55,270 bases of DNA from Scenedesmus sp. PABB004 (Eukaryota), in assembly GCA_014905635.1 (NCBI GenBank), contig JABVCE010000020.1, positions 682,001-737,270 on the forward strand, read 5' to 3'. The position numbers and the translations under genes are program-made. Of this stretch, positions 25,444-37,863 are shown one piece after another. Every line of letters begins with the position of its first letter. Position 1 is the stretch's first letter. Under the pieces are notes generated by a model. It was given only the letters and a program-made list of their open reading frames with translations. It was not told the origin of the DNA and did no database searches.

Positions 25444-25962
25444 GGGAGATGCACCCTCCTCTCCCACAACCTGCCTGTGAGCCTGGCCAGCTCCTCGCCG
25501 CGCGCCGCCAGACACAGCCGGCGGCCCAGCACGCGCGACACCCCGACCACCTGCCTCGCACTGTCCGACCACATGTTCTTCTTCTTTGTTGCAGGCACAC
25601 ACGTTGGTGCAGCACATTTACGGGATGTGAGCAAGCAACCGCCACCGCAGCAGGCGGCTTAATAGGGTCGTCCGCCGCACCGATCCCCGATCTCCAGCCG
25701 CCGACGCGCAGTCGCGGCGGCTGCGCCCCGCCCGCCCGCGCAATACCTGCCTGCCTGCACGCCTGCGCTACGCGCCCGTGGTGTGTGTCTGTGTGCCTGG
25801 TCCTAATCAGAGAGTGCGTGTGGTGCGGCGAGGCCTGTTCATGCGGAGAGAACACGACGCCGAGGCGCGCGGCGCAGGCCGCCAGGCGCATGATGATGCG
25901 CGCGCGCGCGTGTGCTCGCGCCAAGCGCGGCGCCCGCGCCCCGCGAGGGCCCGGGCCCCCCG

Positions 25963-27771
25963 CTAGCGCCCCTGCAGGCTGACCAACGCGGCGAGCGCCT
26001 GCAGCGACGCGGCCGCGCCGCCGCGGGCGCCGCCGTCGCCGCCGCCGCGGGCGCCGCCGTCGCCGCCGCCGCGGGGCGGCGCCGCCGCGGCGGCCTTGCC
26101 GCCGCCGCCGATGCCGCCCGGCGGCGCGGCGCTCACATAGACCGCGCCGTCCACCTCGCCGCTGCTCGAGCGGCTGGCCGCGGCGCCGTGCGCGCCGCGG
26201 CCGCGGCCGCGCTCGCCGCCGCCGCCGGCGCCGCCGGCACCGGCCGGGGCGGCGGCTCGTCATGCAGGAAGTGGCAGCGGCTGCCGTAGGGACAGCTGCC
26301 AGTCGATTTGAACGTGCGGCAGGGGCGCGTCTTGTAGTTGGGCAGCCGCACCGGCTCGCGCAGCTCGGCCTCGCCGTGTGCAAACTGGCAGGCCGCGCCG
26401 TAGCGGCAGCGCCGGCCCTCGGACCAGGTGCGGCAGAGCTCGGTCTGCGCGGCGGGCGGGGCGCGGGCGCGTGGCGTGGGCGGGTGAGCGGCGGCGACCG
26501 CGCGCGCGCCCCGCAGCCCGCCGCCACCCTCGCGCCGCGCCGCGCCTTGAAGAGCGGATTTGCCTCGCCGCGCTCGCCACCGCCGCCGCCGCCGCTGCGC
26601 GCGCTCGCCGCGCTGCCGAGGCTGCTCAGGCTCGTTCCGCTGAGGCTGGCCGCCCCGCCGCGGCCGAGGGGCGCGTCGCTGGGCCCAGGGCGGGCGGGGT
26701 CTGCGCGCGGCGGCGGCGCGCCGGCAAAGGCACCGGGACCGCCGCCCGCCAGGCCGCACAGGTCGCTGAGGCTGCCGCCGATGCCGCCGAGCCCGGACCC
26801 GGCGGGCGCGCTCGCCAGGCCGCCGCCCAGGCCCAGGCCGCCCAGGCCCACGCCGCCCAGGCCCAGGCCGCCGAAGCCTGCCAGCCCGCCGCCGAGGCCG
26901 CCGTCGCTCCAGGGGCCGCCGCCGAAGAGCTCCAGGCCGCCGAGCGCGAGCGGGGCCAGCGCGTGCGGCGCCTGCACAGCATGCTGGTGCGTGCCGAGCA
27001 GCAGGTCGAGCTGCAGTGGGGCGCCGCCGCCTGCGCTGCCGCCGCCGCCGCCCGGCAGCAGCTGGTCGCCGGCGCCGCCGCCCCACGGCAGCAGGTGCAG
27101 GGGCGTGCCCAGGTGGCGGGCGGCGGCGGCGCCAGCGCCGCCGGGCAGCAGGCCCAGCGCCTGCGGCGCCGCCGGCCAGCCGGGCCCGCTCGCGCCGAGG
27201 CCGGCCGCCGCGCCGCTGGGGGCAGCAGCGGCGGCGGCGGCGAGGCCGCGCCGCCAAACGCGGCGAGCTGCTGCGCCAGGGCGCTCTCGAGCGCCTGCTG
27301 CGCCTGCGACAGCGCGAGCAGCTGCAGCAGCTGCGGGTCGCCGCGCGGCGCGCACGGCGCGGGCGGCCCGGCCGCGCTGCCGCCCGCCTGGCCGCCGCCG
27401 CCGCCGAGCTGGGCCGCGGCCGCCGCGAGGGCCAGCAGGTCGGGGTGGGTCGCGCCCCCCGACGCCCAGAGCGCGCTGCCGTAGAGCGCCGACATGCCGG
27501 GCGCGGCGGCCGCCGCCGGCGCGCACGCTGCGCCGCCGCCGCCGATCGCGGCCGCCGCCGCCACGGCCGTGGCAGCTGTGGCCAGCCCGCCGCCCTCCCA
27601 GGCGGCCGGCGGGCGCGCCGCCGCGGGGGGCGACCGGCCCGCGCCGCTGCGCGCGCTCGCGCAGCCGCCGCCGCCGCCGCCGGGGTCGGCGGGCGCCACC
27701 GCGGCGGTGGTGGGCGCGTCCCAGGCGCCTGAGCCGAGAGCAGCGCCGCTGCGGGCGCGCGGGTCGGCCAT
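25963..27771 (-). CDS. Tandem CCCH zinc-finger (TIS11/ZFP36-like) RNA-binding protein
   Basis: LFK|TELCRTWSEGRRCRYGAACQFAHGEAEL and YKTRPCRTFKSTGSCPYGSRCHFLH. Two apparent frameshifts (~27247, ~26190) make both ends uncertain. Confidence 0.85.
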
Positions 27772-28047
27772 GGCGCGCTGGCGGGCGCTGGCGGGCGCGA
27801 GCTCCGCGCGCTCCGGCGCGTGGCGCGTCTGGCGCGGGCTCGGCGCGATGCGGAGGAGGTGTGCCCAGGGAGCGCGCGGGAGCGCGGGACCCCCGGGGCG
27901 CGAGCGAGGCCGGGCGAGCGCTCGCGGGTTGGCAGCGGGAGCCCAGCGGTCAGCGCGCGGGCGCTGCTCCATCACGTCGCGGTTGCCGCGGCCGGTCGCA
28001 GCACGCTTGACTCTGCGCCGCGCGCCCGCGCAACGCGCTGCAGGCGC

Positions 28048-28880
28048 TCACGGCGCCGCGGCGTTCGGCGGCGCGTTGGCCGCGTGCCGGCTGCGCCCGT
28101 CGGCCGTCGCGAGGGGGCCGTACAGCTCCGGGCGCCGGTCCCGGAAGACGCCCCACCTGGTCGTGCGGCGTGGCGAGCGCCGCGGCGAGCGGGCGCAGCG
28201 TCGGTTGCGGCGGTTGCGGGCGCGGTCGTGGCGCGCGCCGCGGCACGCGCCGCGGCGCGCCGCCGCAGCAGCCCGCGCGCGCAGCCAGCGCGGCGCCGTG
28301 GCGGGCCGCACCCGTGGCGCATGCGGCGCACGGCGTCCAGGTCAAACTCGTGGACCACGAAGCCCTCGGCCGGCGCGGGCGCGGGGTGCGGCGCGCCGGC
28401 GAGGCCGGCGAGGCCGTCGTCGCCGCCGGCGCCGACCTGGGCCACCACCTCGCCGCTGGGGCCGGCAATGAAGCTGCCGCCGTAAAAGGTGATGGAGCTG
28501 CGCTCAAATGCCTCGGTGCCGATGCGGTTGGACGCGACGAGCGGGACCTGGGGGGGGGGGCACGCGCGCGTGCGCGAGGAGGGCGGCGCGCGTGGAGGGC
28601 GGGACGGGGCGCGGGCAGGCGGGTCGGGGCTGGCTGCGCGCCGGACGCGCGCCCCGCGGCGGCAGCGGCGGACCGCCGACGCAACGACAACCGGGCCGTG
28701 CCGCCGCCGCGCGCGCACCAGGTTTGCGGCGGCGTGGCCGAGCATGCAGCGCGCCCAGTGCAGGTAGCTGCTGTACCCGGGCGCCTCGGGCTCGCTGCCG
28801 ATGGCGGTGGGGTAGAGCAGCACCTGCGCGGCGCGGCGGGCGGGGGTGTGGGGGGGGTGCGTGCGTGCGTGCGTGCGTGC

Positions 28881-28926
<46 letters not shown>

Positions 28927-29381
28927 GCGTGCGTGCGTGCGTGCGCGTGCGTGCGTGCGTGAGAGGGGGAGGGGCGATGCACGGTGAGGGGAGGCGGGGG
29001 CGGCGGCGGGCGGCAGGCGCGCGCGTGGTGCTGCCCGGCCTCGGAAGGAGGTCGACGGTGGCACGACGCGCGGCGTGCCGCGCCGCGCGCGCCCGCGCGC
29101 GCCGTGCGCCCCGCCGGGCCGCCGCGCCGGGCCGCCGTGGTGGTCAGGGTCTGTGCACGAGGTCTGCTGGCGCACAGGCGACCTGACCACCACGGCGGCC
29201 CGGCGCGGCGCGCCGTGCCAGGGCTTGCAACCTGCCTGCCAGCACGGCCGAGCGCGGCGCGGCGCGGGCCCCGGCAGCGCCAGGGGCGGCGCGTGCCCCC
29301 CTCCCTTCCCTGTCCCCCCCCCTCCCGTCCCCAGCGCCGCCGCCCCGCGCGTGCGCGCGCCGCACCTCGGCGCCCTGCAGC

Positions 29382-29429
<48 letters not shown>

Positions 29430-29669
29430 GCGCCGAGGCGGCCGTGGCGGGTGTCAAAGACCATAAACCCCGTGTCGCCGGGCGTGAAGTAAAATTTCTC
29501 CTGGTACCTGCGGGCGCGCGCGTGTGGGCGCGCATGTTGTGTGCGTGGGTGTGGGTGGGTGCGTGTGCGTGGGTGTGCATGTGCATGTGCGTGGGTGTGC
29601 ATGTGCGTGTGTCGGGGTGGTGCAGGCGGGAGGGCGCGGGCGGGAGGCGGGCGGGACGGGGAGCGAGGC

Positions 29670-29708
<39 letters not shown>

Positions 29709-30528
29709 GCGGCGGCGGCGGCGGCGGTGCGCGGCCGCGCGGCCGCGCGCGCACCCCGGGCCGTCTGGGATGTGGCTCTTGCGGTAGACGCCCAGCACCG
29801 TGCCGTCGGCGTCGATCATGGCGAGCGAGTTGAAGTGCGCGGCGCCGCACCGCTCGAAGAAGCTGACCGGCAGCACCACGCCCAGCTCGCGCGCGAGCTT
29901 GGACAGCCTGGCGCGCGCGCGCGCGCGCGCGCGCGCGAGGGAAGGAGGGCGCGGCGCGTGAGCGCGGGCGGCGGCGGCGACGCGCGGCGGCGGCGGCGCG
30001 CGCGGAGGCCGTCCTGCGAGGCGGCCGCGGGCGGCGCGCGCGCGCCGCACCGCTGCACCGGCTTGCTCTCCGCCAGCGGCTTGGCCCAGTCAAAGTACTC
30101 CTGCGGGCGGGCGCGGGGGGCGGCAGGGGCGGCGGGTTGGCGTGCGTGAGCCCGTGCGCGCGCCCGCCGACGCCGGCGGCGCGGCCGCGCCTCACTCACC
30201 GCCTTTTGCTCCTGGCAGAAGTACCAGTTCTCGAACAGCTCCTGCCAAGCGCGGGCGCGTGGTCAGGGGAGCGCGATGAGTGAGGCGCGCGCGACAGCAG
30301 ACGGCGCCGCACCTGCAGCAGGATCACGTTGGCGCCCTTGGCCGCCGCGGCGCGGACCATCTTCTCCGCCTTGTCCTGCAGCGGCCGGGCGGCCGGGACC
30401 GGTCGGGCGGGCGCCGGGGGGCGCGGCGCGGCGGCGCTGCTGCGCGGCGCGCCCCGCCGCACCAGGTTGGCCTCCGGGTCCCGGCCGATCGCCATCTGCG
30501 TCGCCGCGACCTTCACCAGCCGCGGCAT
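28048..30528 (-). CDS. CPA: N-carbamoylputrescine amidase (nitrilase superfamily, polyamine synthesis)
   Basis: ILLQ|ELF, YRKSHIPDGPG|YQEKFYFTPGDTGF, ICWDQWFPEAAR, YPTAIGSEP, ASNRIG and WGVFRDRRPELY. Confidence 0.96.
28857..28960 (+). repeat. (GTGC)n microsatellite at the 3' end of an amidase intron
   Basis: About 25 tetranucleotide units. Confidence 0.9.
29123..29207. repeat. Perfect 26-bp inverted repeat (intronic hairpin)
   Basis: cgcgccgggccgccgtggtggtcagg at 29123-29148 is the exact reverse complement of 29182-29207. Confidence 0.92.
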
Positions 30529-31080
30529 GGCGGGCAGCCTCGCCCGCGCGCGCGGGCGGCGGCGGCGGCGACGCGGGCGGCGGCGCGCTGCTGCGTGTCG
30601 CGCGGCGGTCGGCCGGCTGGGCGCGGCGGCGGTGGCGGCGGCGGCGTGGCGGCGGCGGCGGCAGGATTGTGCGGTGTGGCCGCGGCGGGATTGTGCGGCG
30701 TCGCGTGCGCCCGCTGACCGCGGGCGCTCAACCGCGGGGCCGCGGTTGAGCCGACGCGCCCGCGCACGCTCGAGCGTGCGCGTGAGCTGTGCGCAGCGAG
30801 CTTGCGCGCCGGGGCCCTCTGCGTTGGCAACGATGGAGCCGGCGGCGACGGTCCCGCCCGACGGCGAGCCGGCGGCGGCGCACCGCGCGCGTGAGCGGCG
30901 CACCCGGCGCCGCTGGCTCCTGCCGCCGTGCCCCCCGCCCGTGCCGCCGCCGCGCCGCCGCCATACAGGGTGGCGCGGGCCAGTGGGGAGCTGGCCGCGC
31001 GTGGGCGCGCGCGCGGCGGTGTGGCGCGGCGCGCGCGGCCGAGGAGGGCACGCCGCGAACCTGCCCGTCAGTTGCAACCA

Positions 31081-31755
31081 TCACAGCCACACGCCGCCGC
31101 CCGGCGCCCCGGCAGCTGGTGGGCCGCCGCCGCCAGCGCCGCCGCCGCCGCCAGCGCCGCTGCCGCCGCCAGCGCCGCTGCCGCCGCCGCCGCCGCTGTC
31201 CAGCTGCATCGCGTCGTCGTCCGGCGCTGCGCCGCGCGCCTGCTGCTGCAGGCCCTGTTGCAGCTGCTGCTGCGCCGCCTGGGCGCCGCAGCTGCCGAGC
31301 TGCTGCACCTGCTGCTGCACCTGCTGCTGCTGCGCGCCGGCGCCGCCGCCCTCTTCGTCGACGGCCACCGACGCGAGCTCGGCGCTGCCCGCGCCAGCCC
31401 GCGTGCGCACGATCTCGTCGTCCAGCGCCGCGATGCGTGCGCGGTACTTGGCGATGACTGGGTGCGGCACCGTGGCGGGGAGGCGGAGGCGGCGGCGGCG
31501 GCGGCGGAGGCGGAGGCGGCGGCGGCGTCGGCGACCGCGGCGGGGCGCGGCGAGGGGCGGCGCGCCGCTGCTGCTGCGGCCGCTGCCGCCGCCCGCACCC
31601 ACGACGTTTTCGTTGATCGCTTCGCGGTACTCGAGGTCGGGCCCGTTCTCGAGCGCGGCCTTGAGCTGCTCGACGCTGCGCTCGAGCGCCACGACCGCGC
31701 CGGCGAGGCGGTCGCGCTCCGCCTCCAGCAGCGACGCCGCCGGCGCCATCGCCAT
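31081..31755 (-). CDS. Small coiled-coil hypothetical protein, one intron
   Basis: LERSVEQLKAALE...EYREAINENVV|VIAKYRARIAALDDEI, then a low-complexity tail ending GGVWL. Confidence 0.65.
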   Translation of the reverse strand: MAMAPAASLLEAERDRLAGAVVALERSVEQLKAALENGPDLEYREAINENVVGAGGGSGRSSSGAPPLAAPRRGRRRRRRLRLRRRRRRLRLPATVPHPVIAKYRARIAALDDEIVRTRAGAGSAELASVAVDEEGGGAGAQQQQVQQQVQQLGSCGAQAAQQQLQQGLQQQARGAAPDDDAMQLDSGGGGGSGAGGGSGAGGGGGAGGGGPPAAGAPGGGVWL

Positions 31756-31904
31756 CGCGCGTGAGCGTTAGCGTGGGAGGTGGGAGGAGGGGGTGTGCAC
31801 CGGCCGCGGCCGGGGCGCGCGAAGTCGGTGGCGGCGCGGCCGCGGGCGGTTTACTGCAGCCGGCGCCGCACGCTGCGGCGCCGCGCGACGTCGGGTCGGC
31901 CTGT

Positions 31905-32019
31905 TTGAGCTTCAGTGTACATTGCCAGCCCTCACACCTCACCAGCCTCAGGAGTGCTGACTCGACGCTCAAAAAGTTGAGCTTCAGTTCACATTGCCAG
32001 CCCTCACACCTCACCAGCC
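31905..32019. repeat. 43-bp direct repeat, 72-bp period, lower GC than the flanks
   Basis: ttgagcttcagt(gt/tc)acattgccagccctcacacctcaccagcc at 31905 and 31977. Confidence 0.9.
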
Positions 32020-33286
32020 CCAGCAGCGGCGGCGGCGCGCGCCGCGCGCTTGACGAAGTTCAGGTACTTTGGCACGCTGGCGGCCACCGCGCCGAGCGCG
32101 GCGCGCTCAGCGTCGAGCGCGGCCGCCGCCGCGCCAAAGCTGACCGGGTCGGTGAGGTGCCGGTCGACGCGCCGCGCCTCCATCTCGCCCTGCCGCTGCC
32201 CGATGAGCCAAAGCACCTCCCTGAGCTCGCTCCAGCGCTGCTCGTGCGGCGACGCGTTGCCGCCGCGCCACGAGGCGCCGTCTGCCTCAAGCTGCTTGGG
32301 CGACCTGCCCGTCCCGCCGCGGAGCGGCGCCTCCCACCACGCCGCCAGGGCCGCCAGGCTCTTGTGCGAGCCGAGGTGGAGCAAGGCCATGCGCGCCGCG
32401 CCGGTGTCGTCGCCGGTGTCGTCGCCGCCGCCGGCCGGCGGCGCGCCGCCCTGCTGGTCGCGCTCCGGCGCCGCTGGCGCGCCCTGCGCTTCCCACGCCC
32501 GCCCCTGCAGCTGCTGCAATGGCAGCTGCTGCAATGGCAGCTGCTGCAATGGCAGCTGCTGCAATGGCAGCTGCTGCAGTGGCAGCTGCAGCAGATGCAG
32601 CGGCGTCTGCAGCACCTCCAGCAGCTGCTGGAGCTGCGCCTGCGCCTGCTGCAGCTGCGGCTGCGCCAGCTGCTGGAGCTGCGCCTGCGCCTGGTCCAGC
32701 TGCGCCTGCGCCTGCTGCTGGAGCTGCGCCTGCGCCTGCTCCAGCTGCGCCTGCGCCTGCTGCAGCAGCGTCTGCAGCATCTGCTCAAGCATCAGCTGGT
32801 GCTGCAGCGCCACCTCCACCCCATCAAACGTCGCCCTGAAGGGGTGGAGCGCGGTGCCCTGCATCGTCCCCACTTGCGTCCGACGCTCCAGCTCCTGCAG
32901 CGCCGCCTCAAAAGCCTGGCGCGCTCGCTGCAGCAGCTCCTGCTGCTGTGCCACCGGCGCCTCGCGGCGCGACAGGTCCAGGAGCTCCATGAGCCGCACG
33001 CGCGCCGCCGACACGCGCTGCTCCAGCGCGTCCTCCGCCATGCGGGCGAGTTGCATGACCAAGGGGCCGCTCTTGAAGATCTCCGCCAGCGTGAAGGAGC
33101 AAACCCCGCCCGCCAGGCTGTCCAGCTCCTCAGGCCGGTGCGCGCCGTCGCTGCCGCTCCAGGCGCCGCCGTCGCCCTCGCCGGCCTGCCAGTCGTCCGA
33201 GACGCCGCACGGCACGCTGTCGGCCTCCTCCTCGTCGCCGGCGCTTGCCGGGCGGGCGCGCTTGCGCTGCAGCTGCGGCGCCGACA
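32004..33286 (-). CDS. Apparently intronless Gln/Leu-rich hypothetical protein
   Basis: Open frame from MSAPQLQRKRAR with protein-like composition, QAQAQL repeats and a 15-bp (LPLQQ) repeat. The 3' end is uncertain. Confidence 0.55.
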
Positions 33287-34005
33287 TCTCTGGAGCTCGC
33301 GCCGCGGCGCGTGCGCTGCTGACCGCCCCGGGCGCCTGCGGTCCGCAAGAAGCTGGCGACGCGCGCGGGTGCGGCAGACCCTGGCCTCTGTGCGGCTTGG
33401 GCGTGCGCGTGCGCACCAGAACGCGGCGGCAGCGGCAGCGGCGTTCGAACGAGCGCGCGCCCAAACCCCCGAACCGCAAACGCGCTGCGCCGGTTTGCGT
33501 GCTCCCAGGAGCTCCACCAGTTGTTGGGCGCCGAACATCGGCTGCCCGGCCAGGCGGCGCAGGCGCCCGGCGCCGCGGCGCGGGCCGGCGCGCGGCAGCG
33601 CAGCGCGGCGCCCGCCGCCCCGCGTGCCGGCGGACCCGGCGGCGCTGCTCGGCTGCGGCATTCACGGCTGCCGTCGCTGTGGCTGCCGCGACTGGCGGCG
33701 CCGCGTGTGGCGACGCCGCGCCGCGACCGCCCCGGTGTCGACGTCGCACGCCGGCCCCGCGCCGCCGCCGCCACGGCGCCTGCTGCTGGCCGCGCGCGGC
33801 GTGGCGCGTCCGTCCCGTCCTTCACGTCGGCCCGCGTCCGTCGGCGCGCCGCACACGCATCTGGCGAGCGTCGGCACTCGGCGCACGCCGTCATCACGCC
33901 CTCGCCGCTCCGCCTCCCGCGCGGCCCCGACCCGCTCGCCGCGCCGCCTCGGGCCTCCCGTTACTCTCCCCTCCCCGACGCGCGCCCGCGCGCCCGCCGC
34001 CAGCC

Positions 34006-37000
34006 ATGCAGCTCCACGCCAGCCAGCAGGCGCGGGCGGGCCTCGGCCGGCGCCCCCGCGCCGCCCCGGGGGCCGCGGCTCCGCGCCCGGCCGGCGCGTC
34101 CCGGCTAGGGCGCTCCCGGACCGCGTGCGTGGCCGCCGCCCTGCGCGCCGGCGCCGGCGGCAGCAGCTTTGTCGGCGGCAGCAGCGGCTGGGGCGCCGCC
34201 GTCGCGGCGCGGCTGCGCGGCGCGGGGCCCCGGCGGTCGGCCGGCGGTGGCGCGCCCGTGCGGTGGGTGGAGGGCGGCGGCGGCCGGCGCGGCCGCCGGC
34301 GCGCGCGAGCAGCGGGCGCCGCCGGCGGCGGCCCATGCGCCGCATGCTGCTGCCCGCGCCGCGCGCGCGCGGCCGCGCGGGCCAGCTGGGCAGCCACGGC
34401 AGCGCGCGGCAGCCGCGACGACGGCGCCGGCGCCGGCGACAGCAGCGCGCGGCGCGCGGCGCGCGGCCGCCGTGGCCGCTGCCTTGACCCCGCCCGCCCC
34501 GCCTGCGCCCTCGCACGCGCCCTCGCACGCGTCCCGCCCCGCCCCCGCAGCGCGCCGCCGTGTATGTGTGGCATCATCGGCATTTCAAAGGTGCGTGTGC
34601 GTGTGCGTGAGGTGTGGGTGTGCGTGTGGGTGTGGGTGGTGGGTGGGGCGGGGTGCAGCCCGCGGCGGCGGCGGCGCCAGGCGGAGGCGGAGCCAGCGGC
34701 GCCGCGCTCCCTCTCTCTGTCACCGCCCCCGCGCACCGCTCCGACCCTCCCCCAACCAACCCTAAACCCCGCACCGCCCGCCCGCGCCAGGTCGCCGAGG
34801 GCGGGGGCGGCGTGAACGTGGAGCTGTACGAGGGCCTGCTCATGCTGCAGCACCGCGGCCAGGACAGCGCGGGCATGGTCACGACTGACTGGGCCAAGTT
34901 TGTGGAGTTCAAGGACAACGGCCTGGTCAAGGACGTGTTTGGCGACAAGCGCGCGATGGAGAAGCTCAAGGGTGCGGGGCTTAGGGGCTGGGGTGGGCGT
35001 GCAGGGTTTAAGGGGAGGGCGGCGTCAGAGGGGCGGGGGCGGGGCGCGGCGGCGGGCGCGCGGCGGCGGGGGAGGGGCTCGCGGGCGGGGCGCGGCGCCG
35101 GCGCGGGCGTGCGGGGCCGGCGGGCGCGGGGCAGCGCGGCGGGCGTGCCGGCCGTGGCTGGCCCCCACTTGCCGGGCGCGTCGCTCGCCGGCCCGCTGAG
35201 CTCGGCACGGTTGGCGAAACTCCCGCCGAGCCCAGCCGGCCGGCGAGCGGCGCGCCCGGCGCGGGGGCGGGGGCCGCCACGCCCGCGGGCGCCCGCGCCA
35301 GCAGTCGGGGCGCGCGCCGCCGCTGCGCTCCCGCGCGCCCCTTGCCTACCCGCCGCCGCCCCGCCCCTGCCCCGTCCTCCACCGCACCCTGCAGGCCATG
35401 TCGGCATCGGCCACGTGCGCTACCCCACCGCCGGCTCCTCGAGCGCGCAGGAGGCGCAGGCGCGCCGCCGCCGCGCGCGCCGCCACCGCGCCGCCACGCC
35501 CGCGCCTCTTGCGCCGCCCGCGCCGCCCGCGCTCCCTGCGCCGCCCGCGCCCCCTGCACGCCGCCGCCGCTCTCACGCCCCGCCCCGCCCCGCCCCGCCC
35601 CGCCGCGCCGCCGCGCGCCTGCCGCCCGCCCGACTTCAACCAATCATCGTCCAATGAATTAACCAACAAAACAACAAAATAACACCCCAAAAATGACAGC
35701 CCTTTTTCGTCAACAGCCCGCTCGGCATCTACCTCATCCACAACGGCAACCTCACCAACACCGACGCGCTGCGCGACCTGCTGGAGAGCAGCAGCTCCTT
35801 TTTCAACAGGCGCGGGCCGCGGCTGCGCGGGGGCTGCTGCTTTGGTTGTTGACCCTGCTTTTGTTGACTCTGCTTTTGTTGTTGTTGACTCTGCTTTTGT
35901 TGACCGACAGTCGACTCGTGCTCGACGCGCTTGCAGCGCCGGCGCCGCGCGCCGCGCGCCCCCCCACCCCCGCTCCAACCACCCCTCCCGCCCCTGGACC
36001 CCGCCGCGCCCCGCCGCGCGCGCGCGCAGGCACCTGAAGACGGACAGCGACAGCGAGGTGCTGCTCAACATCTTTGCCGACGAGATCCACCGCGCGCACC
36101 AGCGCTTTGTGCAGGCGCGCGGGCTTAGGGTTCAGGGTTGAGGGAGGGAGGGAGGGGGATGGAGTGTGGCGTGCGGGCGCAGGGCGAGCGCTGGGGAGCG
36201 CCGCGCGCCGGCGCGCGCCCGGCCAGCCGCGCCGTCCCGCCCCGCGCCCCCTCGCTAAGCCCCGCTGCCCCGCGCTCGCTAAACCCCGCGCGCCCGCAGA
36301 CCAACGCGACCGCCGACCCCAACGACCACAAGACCGACTTTGTGCTCGAGGCGGGCGAGGCGACGATGAACCTGCTGCAGGTGGGTGGGGGGCGTTGGCT
36401 CATGTGTTGTGTTATTGTGTTGTTTTGTTGCGTTTGTTGGTTTTTTGTGCTGTTTTGGGTGTTGCGGCGCGCGGCGCGGGGGGCGCCGGGCGCGCTGAAG
36501 GCCTCGTTGTCAGCAGACCTGGCTGCGGGGCAATCAGCGCGCCCGGCGCCCGCGCGCCGCGGGCCGGCGGGGCTGGCGGGCGAGGGGGGGGGGCTTTGGG
36601 TTGACGGCGCGCGCAGGGGCGAGCCCCGGGCGGGCGCTGGCAGCGCCAGCGGGGGCGCGCGGCACGGGGGGCGCCGGGCGCGCTGATCACCGCGTCGCAC
36701 AGGCCCGTGTGCGTGCGCGGCAATCAGCGCGCCCGGCGCCCTCGGGCCGCGGCGCCGGCGGCGCGTGGGCAGGGGGGGGGCGCTTTGGGTTGCTGGCGCG
36801 CGCAGGGGCAAGCCCGGGCGGGCACTGCCAGCGGGGGCGCGCGGCACAGGGGGCGCCGGGCGCGCTAGTTGCCTCGCCGCATGCAGACCCGTGTGCGCGG
36901 TGGTCAGCGCGCCCGGCGCCCTCCCTCGCTCTTCCCCTCACCCCCTCCCTCATCCACTCACTCACTCCCTCACTCACCCCTCCCTCACCCCCCCTCACTC

Positions 37001-37832
37001 CCCATCCCCCTCCCTCATCCACACTCACTCACTCCCTCACTCACCCCCTCCCTCACCCCCCCGTCACCCGTCACTCCCCAACCCACCCCCCCCCTCACTC
37101 CCCATCCCCCCCCTCCCCCCAGGGCGCCTACTCATGCATCTGCCTCGTCAAGGGCGTGGGGCTCGTCGCGTTCCGCGACCCCCACGGCATCCGCCCGCTC
37201 TCCATCGGCCGCCGGCCGGCCGCCGACGGCGGCGGCACCGAGTGGGCGGTCGCGAGCGAGGACTGCGCGTTTGGGCCGATCGCGTTTGAGCGCGTGCGCG
37301 ACGTGCAGCCGGGCGAGATGGTCATCATCACGCCCGACGGCCAGGTGCGGGCGGGCGGGGGTTAGGGTTTAGGAGGACGCGCAGGGTTTAGGGGTTTTGG
37401 CGCCCGCCGCCGCGCGCGCGCCGCCGCCGCCCGCGCCGCGCCAAACCACAGACCACAAACCCGCCGCGTCGCGTCGCCGCGCCGCGTCGCCCAAACCCTG
37501 AACCCTGACTCCCCCCCCCCCCCCCCAGCTCGTGTCGAAGCAGTGCGTCCCGGGTTCGCTCAACCCCTGCATCTTTGAGTACATCTACCTCTCCCGCCCC
37601 GACAGCGTGCTGAACGACATCAGCGTCTACAACTTCCAGCTGCGCCTGGGGACGCGCCTCGCGCGCAAGATCAAGTGCGCAGGGGTTGGGGCTTAGGGTT
37701 GAGAGGGGGGGGTGGGCGTGGGGCGGGAGGGGGGGGGCGGCGGCGGCGAAACTGGGCGGTTCGGGCGCGCCCCGGCCGCGCGACGGGGTGTTGTTTTCCG
37801 GGCCCTGGACCCCCTGATCGCCCGCTGGCTGA

Positions 37833-37863
<31 letters not shown>

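Noticed and set aside
31761..34815. 900-aa ORFs on + and the many other long Arg/Ala/Pro/Gly-rich ORFs in the track
   Set aside because: Stop codons are rare at this GC. These ORFs are antisense or off-frame shadows of real genes, including the Cys-rich mirror of the Gln repeats.
36481..36921. CRISPR-like repeat-spacer pattern
   Set aside because: It lies in a eukaryotic intron, the spacers are long and mutually similar, and there are no cas genes.
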